From Trichosphaerium sp. ATCC 40318 (Eukaryota > Protista > Tubulinea), in contig JALMLS010000165.1 in the NCBI GenBank assembly GCA_038496445.1, positions 107,576 through 171,575 on the forward strand: DNA of 64,000 bases. Direction: 5' to 3'. The number at the start of each line of letters is the position of its first letter. The stretch's first letter is position 1. This document shows, in pieces, positions 1-13,419 of the stretch. The notes beneath the pieces were generated by a model. That model had not been told where the DNA came from. It worked only from the letters and a program-made list of their open reading frames with translations, and made no database searches. The position numbers were made by a program, and so were the translations under genes.

Positions 1-171
1 AAGGCTAAAAGAGCTCTAAATGGCTCAAAAGTTACTAAAACGTGTAGTGTAGTACTCATTTTCTATTGTTGGGTCGTAATCAGCGATAAATTTGTCTAGT
101 GCTACTCGTAATGTTATGTTTGATTTTCCAACTCCGCCTTGTCCAAGAACTACTATATTGTGCATTGACAT
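1..171 (-). CDS. Ras-family small GTPase, first exon (gene runs off the window)
   Basis: MSMHNIVVLGQGGVGKSNITLR...FIADYDPTIE contains the G1 box GxGGVGKS and the Ras effector loop YDPTIE, followed by a GTAC...TTTAG intron. Confidence 0.85.
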
Positions 172-576
172 GCTAAAATCTGTGTTTGGTTGTGTGATGA
201 TAAAATAGAATTCATTGAACACTAGACTGGACTTAACAATCAATAAGCCCGATTACTCGATTGATTCAACAAGACCAAAGAAGGCTTTTACCCATAAGAA
301 TAGAAGTTGAATCACAATGAGATAGGTTTACAGTATGACTGTACACCTCAATGCCTTGATACCTTCACCTGTTATTGATTGGGCAAAAGATAGGTCAATA
401 GTGCATTAACACAAATAAGCGATTGCTGGAACCTGTGAAGTCTCTTAAATACGTCACAGTAAATAATAAGTGCCGAAAAACTATGCATGGGAGATACTGA
501 ACAGACAACTGTGAGTAAATATGTAAGTGTTAACTTGTTTATTTCTAGCCAACGTTGATGGTCGTCATACAACTAG

Positions 577-1240
577 TTAGACCCACTTTATATCCAATCC
601 CTTAGTAGAATCTTTCAAAACCGTGCTAGGGTATACAGAAAAAGTTTTTAGAGATGTCATATACTTAAAGCAAAGCAATAACACAGTATAAGGTTCAAGA
701 TTTACCAAATTCTTCAAACCAGAGTCAGTAGCACTTACACTAAATAGCTTCAAGGTTTTGACATTAATCAACGATGATCTGTAATAACAGATCTTGTAGA
801 TTCAATCGCCAATGTGTTTACATTACCACAAAGTTCAAGCCATGAGTTTTTGGACTGAATGATCATAACACCCTTTAGATACACGATCTCAAACAAAAAA
901 CATTTGAATATGATTGAAACTGTCACCTTTAAGATATGCGATATCAAACAATAAACATTTGATTGAAAACTTAAGATACACAATTTCAAATAAAAACACT
1001 TGATCTCGATTGATTCTGGAGAAGTGAATGAAAGAGTATGAACGCCCGAAAGTGTTTATACTCCACTCAGCCGATGACATTTTTAGTTTCAAACGCTATG
1101 GGCTTCCGTTGAGAACGTGACAATCTGATGAACGTGCTAACCTGATAGAAACAAACCCTATATTGAGACGAATAATGTCATTGAAGAGATTAGACACTGT
1201 TGAAGCTGTAATACGATTCCTTTTATCTAAAATAACTTAG
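577..1240 (-). pseudogene. Degraded F-box/LRR paralog
   Basis: Minus-strand translation LDKRNRITASTVSNLFNDIIRLNIGFVSIRLARSSDCHVLNGSP* matches 55795 (RYNRIRASTVSHLFDDIIRHNIGF...DCHVLKDSP) and 53590. LRR fragments (ATDSGLKNLVNLE) lie downstream in other frames, with stops and frameshifts. Confidence 0.8.
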
Positions 1241-1464
1241 AACATGCGCCAATGTCTCAGGTGGTAACTGTGGTACGGTTGTAGCGAAATTATGCTGTGT
1301 AGCTTCCATCTTGTTATTCACAACAGTATCGAAAGGTCAGATAGTGTATTATAACCGTACGATGCTCGGAACACCTAAAAATCCTCAATGGTACTTAACA
1401 CTTTCCCATCTAAGTCAACTCAAATCAGCTTGTAAAAATTTGAACGATTACAAGACGACACAGC

Positions 1465-2385
1465 ATGAAATTTAAGATCGCTTATATTGTCGCTGTCATA
1501 TTCTGGGGAGTAGCTATTGCAGCGTGTGTTTTGGGTTCTTTTGGGGAACTTTACATTGATGACGAGGGAGTGTAAGTGGCTGTGTAAAAAGTTAAAGTTG
1601 ACGATGTTTTCTTGAAGCAAGCAAACGTTTTACAGCACACGTGCGAATTTGGCGATATCTACTCCTTTGATAACTATTGATGATTCATTTGCGTACGCTG
1701 ATTTGGATTGTGGTTCATTACCTTGGGTCGGTGATGAAAGAGATAGAGTACGTTTTTATTTTGCTTTTTTTTCGAAACGAGAACACGTCACGTGATTTTT
1801 AGCGTTGCTTTACAACGTTAGAGTTTTATAAATTATTTTACGCTACTTTAATTTATCACGTGATAGTAAATTGAGTAAACGTGCAGTTTTTAACTTATCT
1901 ATCATAGTGTGTTCAACTCAAAGCCGCAGGGTACGTTTTTATAAAATGGGTAAAAAAAAAATTGTTGGGTTTTTTTGGGGAAAGCCTGAGTACTCATTGC
2001 GTTTGTTTTGCAGGTTTACTTACTTGGGACTATTGGTTATCACTATATTAACTCTCATAGTTACAGCAACATTACTGTTTATTAAAAAACTAGGTAAATA
2101 ACGCGTGCCTATCGCGCTAGATTTTTTTGTTTGTCTCGCCATAATAATTATTAGGGCCAGCAAGAACAGGCGCTGTAACAGCAACTATCTTCCATTTTCT
2201 AGCAATTTTGATATGGTAAACAAGGCTATACCATGCCGCTAATACTAATTTATGCTCATAGGTGTGCTGTATTCCCTTACCAAAGTAATTTTTTTGATAT
2301 CAACAAACCTGGATATGGTATTATTATTGCTGGTCTTGGATGGGTTGCTACACTCATTGGTACCATTCTATCACTTGCTACTTAA
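1465..2385 (+). CDS. Multi-exon four-TM membrane protein (claudin/amastin-like)
   Basis: Spliced hydrophobic segments: MKFKIAYIVAVIFWGVAIAACVLG, FTYLGLLVITILTLIVTATLLF, AVTATIFHFLAILIW and PGYGIIIAGLGWVATLIGTILSLAT*. GT-AG introns separate them. Confidence 0.65.
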
Positions 2386-2501
2386 TCGCCCAAAATAACA
2401 CCAACAATCTCCATAAATTATAACGTAAAAAAGAAAACCAACAACACGTGTTATTAAAACAAATAGAAAGAAAGTTTGAAATTATCACGTGATAAACATT
2501 T

Positions 2502-3415
2502 TAAAATATCAGAAAGAAAAAAACCGCATTCTCGAACTTCTCTGCTTTTTCTCCGTTCTTCCATCAAAAAAGTTTAATGAGTATCAAATTTTAAACTTAT
2601 ATATACTTGATAATGCTTCATGGGCATTCTTGGTTTTATAACTGCCATAGGTCGCTTTTTCTTTGTGATATTTTATTTTTTTTTTCTGTTTTTCTTTTGA
2701 CATAATATAACTAAAAAATCTGCTCCCCGTTTCTCATCGTGCAGCGTATAAATATGAGTGTATATACTTAAGCATCATCACGCAATTTAAGTCGTTTAAA
2801 AATATCAGCAGCTGAGAACTAAACAAGAGTTAAAAAAAAAGTCTTTTTTTTTACCAATAATTAAGAACAATATCACATACATGATTTTGTTGCAATTGTC
2901 CAAGTGCTTTCTCAAGAGCCAATACTTTTTGTTCAGCTTTAAGTGCACGTGTCCTCTCTTTTTCTAGATACTTTTGTGCTTCAGAAATCTTACGCTTTGA
3001 CTCTTCCAACTGCTTTTTGAGCGCTATCAAAACTTAAGTTCAAAAAACGCCAACAAGCTTCAACTTACTTCGCAAGCGTTTATCCTTTTTCGTTTTAACT
3101 TGTGCAAAGTCTGTAACTGTAGGCTCATGTTTAAACTCCCCTGGACGTGTTCCAGTAAGATCAAGCTTAGGAACTACAAGTAAAGTAACTAAAAGCACGT
3201 GATTGCAAAAAATAAAACGTACTGTGTAATCCTGAATTTATTTTCTTATGTGTCAACTTAGGTAAATGTCCTGTGGACTTTCCTTTCTTGTACCTCTTAC
3301 GCTTTGGCTCAAAATCACTAGACGATTCAGAAAAGCTCATACGCGTTGGAGAGTCAAGTCCTCTATCTGTGACAGAACGTCGAGCTTTAGGTGCAGTCCT
3401 ACTCCTAATCGACAT
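2502..3415 (-). CDS. Multi-exon basic coiled-coil hypothetical protein (3' end approximate)
   Basis: ORF 3167..3415 has an NLS-like PKRKRYKK. Downstream exons include ALKKQLEESKRKISEAQKYLEKERTRALKAEQKVLALEKALGQL. Confidence 0.5.
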
Positions 3416-3660
3416 TAAGATTTTGAAGAAAGCTCTTTAGTTAATACACTTACCGTGTAGTTTTTGACCTAGTCACTCTACTAATTTTTGTTTGTGAACG
3501 TGGTGATATTAGTTTATTATTCGTATTGTATGACAAGCTTCGAGCTACGATACAAAAATAAGTTTAAAACACAGAGCAAAAAAAGAAAAAAAAAAGAGAA
3601 GAAAAACTTAGTGGATTTTTTTTTTTGTTTGACATTACAAAAACATATATGCTATATCAT

Positions 3661-4721
3661 CTATGTACCAAACCCTCCACCAGGAACAAGGCGATGTCTA
3701 TTGTTAAGAGCTACTTTAAATTTTGAATCAATTTCTAGTGCCTTATCATAACATTCAATGGCTTTCTTGTGGTTGCCTAATCGCCTTTAAAAAAAAATCA
3801 GTCAGTGCGTGCTATAAGTGTAATAGAAAGACATAAAAACAACTAGAACTATTTTAGTACGCATTAACATACCTATACGATAGCCCTTTGTTATTCCAAG
3901 CCTCTTTGTTATTTGGATCAACGTCAATTACTTTATTATAGCATTGTATAGCGTTAAGCTGTCCTAAACGAGCATACGCAATACCTAGAACGCTTTAAGA
4001 ACAATTTTAACAACAACCATCCGGAATCGCACCCTTGTTGCTCCAGGCTTCTTTATGCCACGGTATAATCTCTGTTACTTTATCAAAACACTCTATAGCT
4101 GCAGTATATTGTAATTGATCGCAGTGAACAAGACCTACAGCGAATTTAAGAAATTCAATAAATAACCCACAATCAGTACAAAAAACGTACCTTTAAATAG
4201 CCAAGCCTTATCGTCTCTTGGATCTAGCGTCAGGACCTAGAAAAACAGAAAATAAGGCGCGAGTTCCAAAACGGACTTTTTGACAAAGTGGATCTATTTC
4301 ATGAATTGCTTACTTTCTCGTAGCATAATAATGCTGCATCATCTCTCAGCAGGTTTCTTAGTGTATCTCCTGTACTATGGTTATTTTAAAGTGACAAAAA
4401 AGGCAACGAATGAAATAGCGTTAGTTGAGTAGTTTAGAACTTGTTTTTGCGTATTTTGACATTGTTGACCAGTTTTAAGATCTTTTTTAGTTTTTCATTT
4501 TACTAACCTTTCCAAAGCCATGCAGATTTATCCCCTGAGTTGGTGACGAGGTGCTTGTCTATCATACGCAAGGCCAAAGTAAAGTGCTCTTCTTTATAAT
4601 ACCTCAGGCCCTTTTTTAGATAATTCTGGCTCCCGCGCGCACTCGTAGCTTTAAAGCCAGGTGGAGGCCTACTAATGAAAGATGCATCTATTTTTTTTGA
4701 TGCACCAAAACTACGCTCCAT
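3661..4721 (-). CDS. TPR-repeat protein, multi-exon
   Basis: Repeated TPR units: SAWLWKG, DPRDDKAWLFKG, AIECFDKV...EAWSNKG, AIQCYNKVIDVDPNNKEAWNNKG and AIECYDKALEIDSKF. Stop TAG at 3661-3663. Confidence 0.85.
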
Positions 4722-4901
4722 TTATCAAGTGAATACAACCGATTCCGCCAACGTGCAAGATTATGTATGGTACGATGCCGTTGGCTTGAATTTCGCGAAC
4801 TACAAAGCTTTTCGACCCAAACTTAAGTAAAAGTCGACTTTAAGGCTTGTTCGCGTTCGGAAGCATTGCTGTTTCATTTCAAAAGCTCTTTATACAACAG
4901 G

Positions 4902-7677
4902 CATGGCTGCGGCAACACTTAGTTCGTACGTTAATTTTAATCTATTATGGCTTCGAAACGATATTAACACATCACAGCTTATTGCCGGCCACGAAAAATA
5001 CATACCATAAACTAGAGGATCAACCTTTGTATCCGGCAACTACAAAGGAGCTAGTATCTACCAAAGTCGTTATTCCACCATACGGAGATCGTAAAGGATG
5101 GCTACCAAGGACAATGGAAGATTTTGGGGATGGTGGTGCTTTTCCTGAGATACACATACCTCAGTACCCTTTAAACATGGGAAAGGACACAACAAAAGTG
5201 AGTTTTAGAAAAAACGAATGGTTTACTGATTTTCATACACAGGGAACCAATGTTGTAAATTTACAAGCTGACGCTAAAGGAAACCTTAATTATGGCGCTA
5301 TAGTAGAAGTAGGACGCCGAAAGAGTAAGTACAACAGATATTTTGAACATTTGGTTTTTTCCTCCAAAGACCGAAATTTGGACTTTTTTTTTTTGCTCTT
5401 AAAACAGTGCTGCACTCATCACATTGTTATTTATTGCGTAAATAGACGTATTAGGGTTTTTTTTTTGAAAATTAATCAAATTATCCCTCACGGACCAATT
5501 CTTCCTCCTGATGTCTTAGAAACTATACTTACGTCATTATTTAGATGAAATTGTACATAGTAAAGCATCAGCGTTGCGTGTAAAACATTTCACAGAGGAC
5601 GAACTTCAAAAACCTGATGACGAGGAAGAAAAAAAAGCAACAGAGGTAAATATACTATAACATAACTACAACAGTATTACTGCATATTTTCAAGCTATTC
5701 CGATGTAATATAATTTGTTTTGGACTGAGAAAATTCACTTTTTTTCATTTTTTTTTCATTTGTTTTTTTGCTTTATTTCCTTTGCTTATATTATCATCTT
5801 AGAAAACCCGTGCTGCTTTAGAGAAGAGATTAAACATAAAAATCAATGCATCAAGACCAGCTGCAGTTGAACAAGTCGAAAAAGACGCAAAATATATTCG
5901 TTATGTTCCTGCTAACAAAGCCGCTTCTTTTAACTCTGGAGCTTCCTCACGCATCATTCGTATGGTAAGTACATCATAAACATCAAAATTATTACATCAT
6001 GCCGTACTACAGGCGTTAAAACACCCAAAGAATTCAAAAAACTAAATTTTTTTTTCTTTAGGTTGAAAGCGTTTCAGATCCACTTGAGCCTCCAAAGTTC
6101 CGCGCCAGAAAGGTCCCAGCATCACTTGAAGAACCTCCAGTACCAGTTATGCATTCACCTGATAGAAAACCTTCTGCAAAGACAAGAGAGGCATGGCGTA
6201 TACCACCTTGTGTTTCTTTGTGGAAGAATAACAGAGGTTATACTATTCCACTTGAAAAACGTCTTGCTGCAGATGGTAGAGGACTACAAGAGGTCCAAAT
6301 CAACCCACAATTCGCAAAACTATCTCAATCTCTTTATATCGCTGAGAGTAACGCTAGAGCTGAAGTAGCAAAGCGTCATGCTTTGCAACAACATTTGGCT
6401 CTTCAAGAACGTCAAGAGAGAGAAAGAGCATTGAAGGATATTGCAGAACAAGCTCGTCTTGAACGTCAAGGCATTGACTCTAAGATTAAAAATCAAAGAG
6501 GTAGAGATAAGGCTCTAGATGCTCGTGATGAGCTTCGTGAGGGTGAGAGACGTCTTAGAGAGCGTGCGCATCGTCTTGAGAACTTCAAGGGTGCAAACAA
6601 GTCAAAGTTCATGCGTGATAATGATCGTGATATTTCTGAGAAGATCGCTTTGGGAATGAATGTTGCTCAGACCCAAGAAGCTCAGTATGATCAACGTCTC
6701 TTCAATCAATCGCAAGGTATCGATTCTGGATATGGAAATGATGAGGGTTTTGCTGTTTATGATAAGCCTCTATTCAGAAGAGATGACCACAGTCTCATCT
6801 TCAAAGCTCCTAAAAAAGATGATACACAAGTACGTTTTTTTTGCTTTGCATTGAAAGAGACCTCCACAACTTTCTTACTGACCGTTTATTTAGTATAGCG
6901 ATATGTCACTTGATGATATAGTTAACACAAAACGATTTAAGCCTCATAAAGGATTCAAGGGTACTGAGGAACAAGATAATGCTGCCAGAACAGAACCTGT
7001 TCAATTCGAAGAAGATGAAAATAATGTCGATGGTTTTGGACTTGAGGAGTACACCAAAGAGCGAGAAAAGAGAGAATCACAACGTAAATCTCTTGGTGTA
7101 ATGAACGCTGTTGGAGGTATGTACCGTAAAACCACGTGACTAATGGTAGCATTCAGAGAAATCAAAAACGACAAAAAGTTTTTCGTTATTTTATTTTCTC
7201 GTTTTATTCTGACATTTTCTTGTTTAGGTTCTGCTGGAGGTGCTGATGAACTTAAGGGTCGTAAACGTGATCGTATGGAATTCGAAGCAGCTAAGTCCCC
7301 AGATGAAAAAAAAAAGGCTGAAGATCGTCCACGCAAGAGGACAAGAGAAGCAAGTCCTAGCGATTCTGATAGCGATTCATCGATGAGCAGTCCAAGAAGA
7401 CGATCAAGAAGTCCACCTCGTCGTAATGACAGAAGACAAGATTATAGACGCAATGATAGGCGTAATGATAGACGTGATTACAGGCGAAGAGATGATAGAA
7501 GAGATTACAGAAGAGATGATCGTGATAACAGAGACCGTAGAGATCGTAGAGGTGAGAATACATATTGTTCTTTTTCCTCTTTCTAACTTTTTTAACTTTG
7601 TAGATCGCCGACGCTCTCGTTCTCGTTCAGGATCAAGAGATGAGTATGGTCGTAGAAAGGATAGCAGAGGAAGATGA
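4902..7677 (+). CDS. SNW1: SNW domain splicing factor SKIP/Prp45, multi-exon
   Basis: Conserved blocks GWLPRTMEDFGDGGAFPEIHIPQYPLNMG, DPLEPPKF, WRIPPCVSLWKNNRGYTIPLEKRLAADGRGL, RDISEKIALG and YDQRLFNQ, plus an RD/RS-rich tail. Confidence 0.95.
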
Positions 7678-8210
7678 GAGAAGAAAATATAAAGATCATG
7701 TGTACAAAAAAACTTTTGGATGAATAAATAAAAAAAAAATACAAAAAAAGTTTCTCAAACACAACTGTATTCGTTCAATCCTACTTTCCCCCACCCCACC
7801 GACTGAGCTTACGTTTCATTTCGCTTATAAAATGAGCAGTTTCAACACGTCAATCGTTTAGTAACAAAACTAGGTGTCTTCATAGCTGAAAATGTCTAAA
7901 CAACACCTTGTCACTGCATATCTTTCGAGGATGGATATCTTTGAGGGCAAATAAGGCAACAAACTTTGTCACATACCAAAACTAGATTCAAAAGGGCTAC
8001 TCACAGTTTTAAGTTTTCTGTACAAAAGGTTGTAGAACAATCCAGATTGAATACAAAAACATGAACGTATTTCTTATTTTTTTCTTACTTAATTATTCAA
8101 ACTACATTGACTTTATTCTCATTAACAAAGTCGTGAAGCGTGAAACACTACGCTATAAACCGTATATACACACTTTATTTTAGAGTATAGTGATACCTTG
8201 CACGTGACAG

Positions 8211-8879
8211 TTATGTAACAACAAAATTACAGGTTTTTTCGATAGACATAAAAAAATCCAGGTTCATAAAGCACTTTCCCTTCTGGATCATCCCAAGGAC
8301 GTGTTTCCTCTATCCTAGAGTATCCGTGCTTCTCGTAATAAGCGAATAAATGAGTGTTCTTCCATGCTACAGTGCATTGACTGTATTTACAACCACATTC
8401 TTTGCCCCTACGTTCTGCTTCTTGAATGAGAGCCGTTCCGTAACCTCAAACGATTATTTAATCGCCTGTTATCTCGGTTTACTCACCTTTCTTGCGGTAC
8501 TCCTCTCTGACAGCTAACATGCCTATAATACACGTATATAAGAAGATTAAGAAGACGAAGAAGAGTTTTGTACCAAATTCGATTGTATGTCCTTGTATGT
8601 CTACTTTTACGCATCCTATTAGCTCTTTTGCTATTGGAAAGTAAGGTAGAGTGTGAGAAAAGGCGTTAAACCTTCGTTTAATGCTAGTATCATCTTTTTG
8701 TGTTTAACAAGTTCGCTCAGTTCTGTAGAGTCTGTTCTGTCTCCTTTCGTGAATATCTCGAATTCATACGCTTTATTGAGCAATATGACCAATTCAGAGA
8801 CCTTAGCCTCTAAATGCGCCGTTATATAGCGTAAAAGTATGATTTATTACCAACCTGGAGCTTCACAAAACGCTAACAT
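8211..8879 (-). CDS. GNAT-family N-acetyltransferase, multi-exon
   Basis: Spliced motif A GMLAVREEYRKKG|YGTALIQEAE, motif B LFAYYEKHGY, and N-terminal LLNKAY. Confidence 0.85.
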
Positions 8880-9249
8880 GTTGAGTTTAGAAACGTGATT
8901 ACTTATTTTTGGCCTTGATAGTCAAAATCCATGTGTACTGCAAGCGCTGATTTCCACCTCTTGAAAGGGTGTTGTATCACTGCTTTTGGCATTGCCGTAG
9001 ACTCGAAGAATTGAGAGTTACCTTTTATGGTCTTGCTGAAACTATGCAAGGTACAGTCAACTCTCCATTCTAATAACAAATCCATATCTACGCATAAGTT
9101 GATTGTGATGTGCTAAGTTAAATATAAACTATGACCGAACGTAAAAAATCACGTGCTCAACATGTTTTTTTTTCTTGATGTCTTCTTAACGACATACAAG
9201 ATAATGAAAAGCATTATTTACTTATTGACGTTTTGCTACAATGAACTCA

Positions 9250-10456
9250 TCAGAGATTAAGTGTGCACAAAGTCTTCAATCGTTCAAGCGAATCCAAGCC
9301 ATTCTGCCCACGAAATAATCCAAGATACTGGCTGAGCATCAGCTGGTTTTTTCTTCTTGACTGAATGATTGTATTGTTCGATGTCTTCACCGTGTTTTAT
9401 GATTTTTTCTTCTGCCCAGCGTGCAACACTGGAAAACAGTTCATGAACATTTACACCCTAATTTTTTCATTAATTAAAATTCAGTTGTTGGATTGGCATA
9501 TACTCACCGTTTTGGAGCTGACTTCGTAATAAGGGCAGTTCCAGTACTCAGAAAGTTCAGCTATTTGTTTTGTGGATACTTGTCTTCTATCTGTCAGGTC
9601 ACACTTTGCAGCAACGATTACAAACTTAATCTAATCATGGTAAGTCAAGTGCTTTGTTTTTGTTCTGTTGAGGCGTCTTACTTTGGCTGCATCATCTTTT
9701 CCTATACATGTCTCTATCATTTCCTTGTACTGTTCGAGTACTTCAAATGATCTCTTTACTGTCACATCAAAAACCAAAAGAGCCACATCTGAACCTCTAT
9801 AAAAAGCTACTTATGCAGAAAATTAGTTTTTTTTTTCCTTGTTAATGTCGTGCCTCCTGGCAATGAAAATCGTTCTCTCCCAGCGGTACTACATTATCGT
9901 AAGTAATAATAAACAATAAAGGCACTTAATGTTTGGTATCACGTGAGTTAAAGGAGAAAATGACATGATTTAACAAGTCAAAAAGATTACAAAAAATTAT
10001 CTTTATAGCGTTGTAAACTAACACTAAAAGCACTTACTCCCAAATTTGCAATAACAGATTTTCAACACTCTTGCCAGGTACAGTTTTAGACAACTACAAG
10101 TATTGAGAAGTAAACTCATAGCGAACAAAATAGTTTGAATGTAAAAATAGCTTGAATTTAAAAATAGCTTAGAAGTAGCTTCTGATAGATGTTGTACAAA
10201 ATCAGCGCCAATCGTATTTCTATGCGTTGAGAACCTTCCTTTCACATAGCGTTCCATTAAAGATGTTTTACCAACACCTAACCATAATGTAAGCTTTTCC
10301 TTTACAAATGCTTTATTTTTTGGTGTAAAGCACTTTCGTGCATGTTAAAGATAGTTTTACTTCGCACTTACCTGAATCACCAACAACAATTACCTTGGCA
10401 ATTAACTTTGTCTTTCGACTCCCCGATACTTGCCCTGTTTTTGAAGCTTTTGGCAT
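9250..10456 (-). CDS. Rab7-like small GTPase with atypical motifs, multi-exon
   Basis: [55 protein letters not shown], AAKCD and EVSSKTGVNV. Confidence 0.85.
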
Positions 10457-11106
10457 CGTACTTTGGTTACGGGAGAAACAAATCTACTATGATGATTAAG
10501 TTTGTGCTTACAATAGACACTACACTTACTTAATTGTTTGCGACTGAAGAGTTACACATTTCAAACACTTGGTTTAACTAGACATGGCTTTTATCAAGTC
10601 AATACCGACAATAGGGAGCTACGGTATTTTGTACACGTGTTAGACCAATCCTCAATCCCAACAAAAGCTATTGCAAGACGATCTGGGAGGAAAGGAACAC
10701 ACTGCCCCTGACCGATAACTCTGGCACAAAGCGAGTGTCTGGTTTATTTACATAACACGATCGCATGTGCATTGATAAATGAAGAAAACGATTTTTTTTT
10801 TTTTTTGAAATTGTAAAAAGGGCGGTTGTGGGCGGGTGATTTCTGCTTGCTATCGTATAAACTGCTTCGGTTGGTTGCTTGTCTTTGTTGGATCAGTCCA
10901 GCTTGTTCAAACGTCTGAAATATCTCACATGTTCAGACATTAAGTAATGAAATCACACTGATAAAATAGCTACCAGCTCTATGTGCTTGATTTGTGAACA
11001 AGTTCTAGCAATATCATCGCCTTAGTCCTAAAAGACAATATATTTATGGATAGTATAAGTGTTCTTTATTTACAGTTGTTGTGTTTTGTACAAGGTTGCC
11101 ACATTG

Positions 11107-11454
11107 TTAGTTAAATATAGCAGCAGGAGGGCAGAAAACCTCTTTCACGACAAAATAGTCATCTGGAGCATCAGGATCATAGACGTGCTTCATCCCTTTA
11201 CATCCTTTACACTTCCACCCATGTTCCCGCTTATCCATGAACTTGTGTTTGTGTAAATTACAGTACCAGTCTCCACATACTGAGCAATACCGAGGCTTCT
11301 TTCCTTGCCAGTCTTTTTTGTATTTAACTCTTCTATGGTTTTCTCCTACTACAATTCTATCGCATGCAGTACATACTGTATTTGCGTCAAACGGAGGTAG
11401 GTTAGGTATTATTTCTTCTCCTTTCTTTGGCTTGCGTCGCTTGGTTTCTGACAT
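11107..11454 (-). CDS. Small Cys-rich zinc-finger-like protein
   Basis: Intronless ORF with CTAC, CSVCGDWYCNLH and CKGC, a FYVE/B-box-like cysteine spacing. Confidence 0.6.
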   Translation of the reverse strand: MSETKRRKPKKGEEIIPNLPPFDANTVCTACDRIVVGENHRRVKYKKDWQGKKPRYCSVCGDWYCNLHKHKFMDKREHGWKCKGCKGMKHVYDPDAPDDYFVVKEVFCPPAAIFN

Positions 11455-12231
11455 TGATTTGTTGTTGGACAGACGTGTGTTTCTTGTTGAGATAATGAAT
11501 ATCAAACTTAAAGACAGTTAAGTGTTTGTAGTGATGCGACACGTGAAGCTAATACACAGAAGTGGTCAATACGCTCACTTAGTTTGATGCCAACGTAGAT
11601 GTCTGACAGCTTTAGAGGCAGACTTGAAGTTATTCCGCCTATTTAATACAGACATCATGAAAGTCTCTTTTCGTGTCAACTAGTGTACTACAGGTACCTG
11701 CTAGATCATAGATTTTGTTTACGCTGAGAGGATGCAAGACGTTAACACTAAGATAGACAATGTTATGAGAACAAACAGAAACAGTATTCCATAATGATTT
11801 ACTGGTAGATTAGTTCTTATGATTGTAACCGACAGTAGGGGAAGCTGTTGGTACTAGCGCTGGAGGTAAACTTGGCATGTAATCTGGAGCGAATAGAATT
11901 GGCGTGAGTGACATAGTTTTTATCCAAAACTAGCGTCGATTAGACCAAAAAAGCACTGGTGAGCTTATTATAAGTAGTAACACACTAGCATTAGCCTTTG
12001 TAACTTACCTCCTCTACTGTGTTGGAAGTACCGCCATCACTTTTAAATTAGACCTACACCAGTACACCGTTAGAAATACAACGAAATAGTACGTACAAGG
12101 ACCCTTGTTTTACAACCATAATTTATACTTATTTACAATTTTCACAATCATGTTACTGAACATTTCGTTTGAATTCTCGCATTTTTTCGAACAAGCTCGA
12201 ACAATAATTACACAGTTTGTTTTAACCTTAA

Positions 12232-12765
12232 GGGGGCACGCTGAGATGTGCAGAAATTGTTCAAATCGGCTCAAATTTTCGTGCCTATATCTTTGACATG
12301 AGGGCTTTTGAAAAACCCAACTTTTAGCGTGTGCCTTTTTGTGACGTTTTTTTGTTGCAAAAGTTTTTTTTTCAAAAACGACTGCATTTTTTCAATCTTT
12401 CTGTTTAAAAGCACATTTGTTCAAAACTACGTTACCCATAGCATCTACACACGTAGTACATGCTATGGGTACACTTTCAATAAAAGTCTCAATTTGAAAG
12501 CAAAAAAAAATAACGAATTTGCTCTACACCACCTAAAATGCGTCTCCAAGTGGTGAAATAGCGGACGAATAGCTTTAAAAGTTGTTTCAAATCCGTGTAA
12601 TTAAGGTCAAAAAGTTGAGAAAAAAAATGACATTTCGGGCTTTGAACTCAAGTAATCAATCTACACAGTTCGCTATCCTATTTTTTCAGCGTTTTACGCG
12701 ATTTTAGATGGGTTTAAAGCCCGAAGATGCCCGTGGGGTTAAGGTCATTTCATTCTCAGCGTGCC
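12232..12765. mobile_element. Non-autonomous DNA transposon with TTAA target sites (Kolobok-like termini)
   Basis: TTAA|GGGGGCACGCTGAGA ... TCTCAGCGTGCC|TTAA. It is absent from the paralogous segment, where similarity stops at AACCTTAA (about 25852). Confidence 0.7.
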
Positions 12766-13419
12766 TTAATCTACTTCGAGGGCCTAATGCCCAACACTTA
12801 AAACTATTAGTTCATATGAATTATTGGAGAACCAAAGATCCCTCAATAGACGCAAACTGTGATACCAGATCACAGTTTACTAGGCTAGGTAAGGTAATAC
12901 TCAGTAAGAATTAATCACAATAAAAATGTTACTAAACTTGCTGCCAATGGTCAACGAAAGTAATTGGTTCAAGGGCCTATAGGTACTATTCACGTGATTT
13001 AGTATATTTCACATGAATTCAGAATTTGATCACGTTCAGGTGGCACATGTTACGAGATACGCTGCCAATGGTCAATGAAAGTAATCCATTCGAGGACGTG
13101 CCCCCTTAAACAATAGACTTGTTCAAAAGCAAAAGAGCTTTTTTTTTCATAGAAATTCCGTAAAAACGAAGTTTTCAAGTGTCTTTCTTCTAAACGAGAA
13201 TAGTGGCATTTCACAGGCAAAAACCACGATTTTTCGCATTTCATTAGACTAAATTTGAATGAAAACCAAGAACACCGGGATTTGAAAATAACTCATAAAT
13301 CTAATAATGTACGTACTCGTTTTGTTGTTCAGGAGTTTTTGGTAATTCTTGTTTTTTTCGTACTTATGGCATTATTGTGTTGTACCCGCTAAACCAATAT
13401 TTTGTAGAAAAAACCGGCG

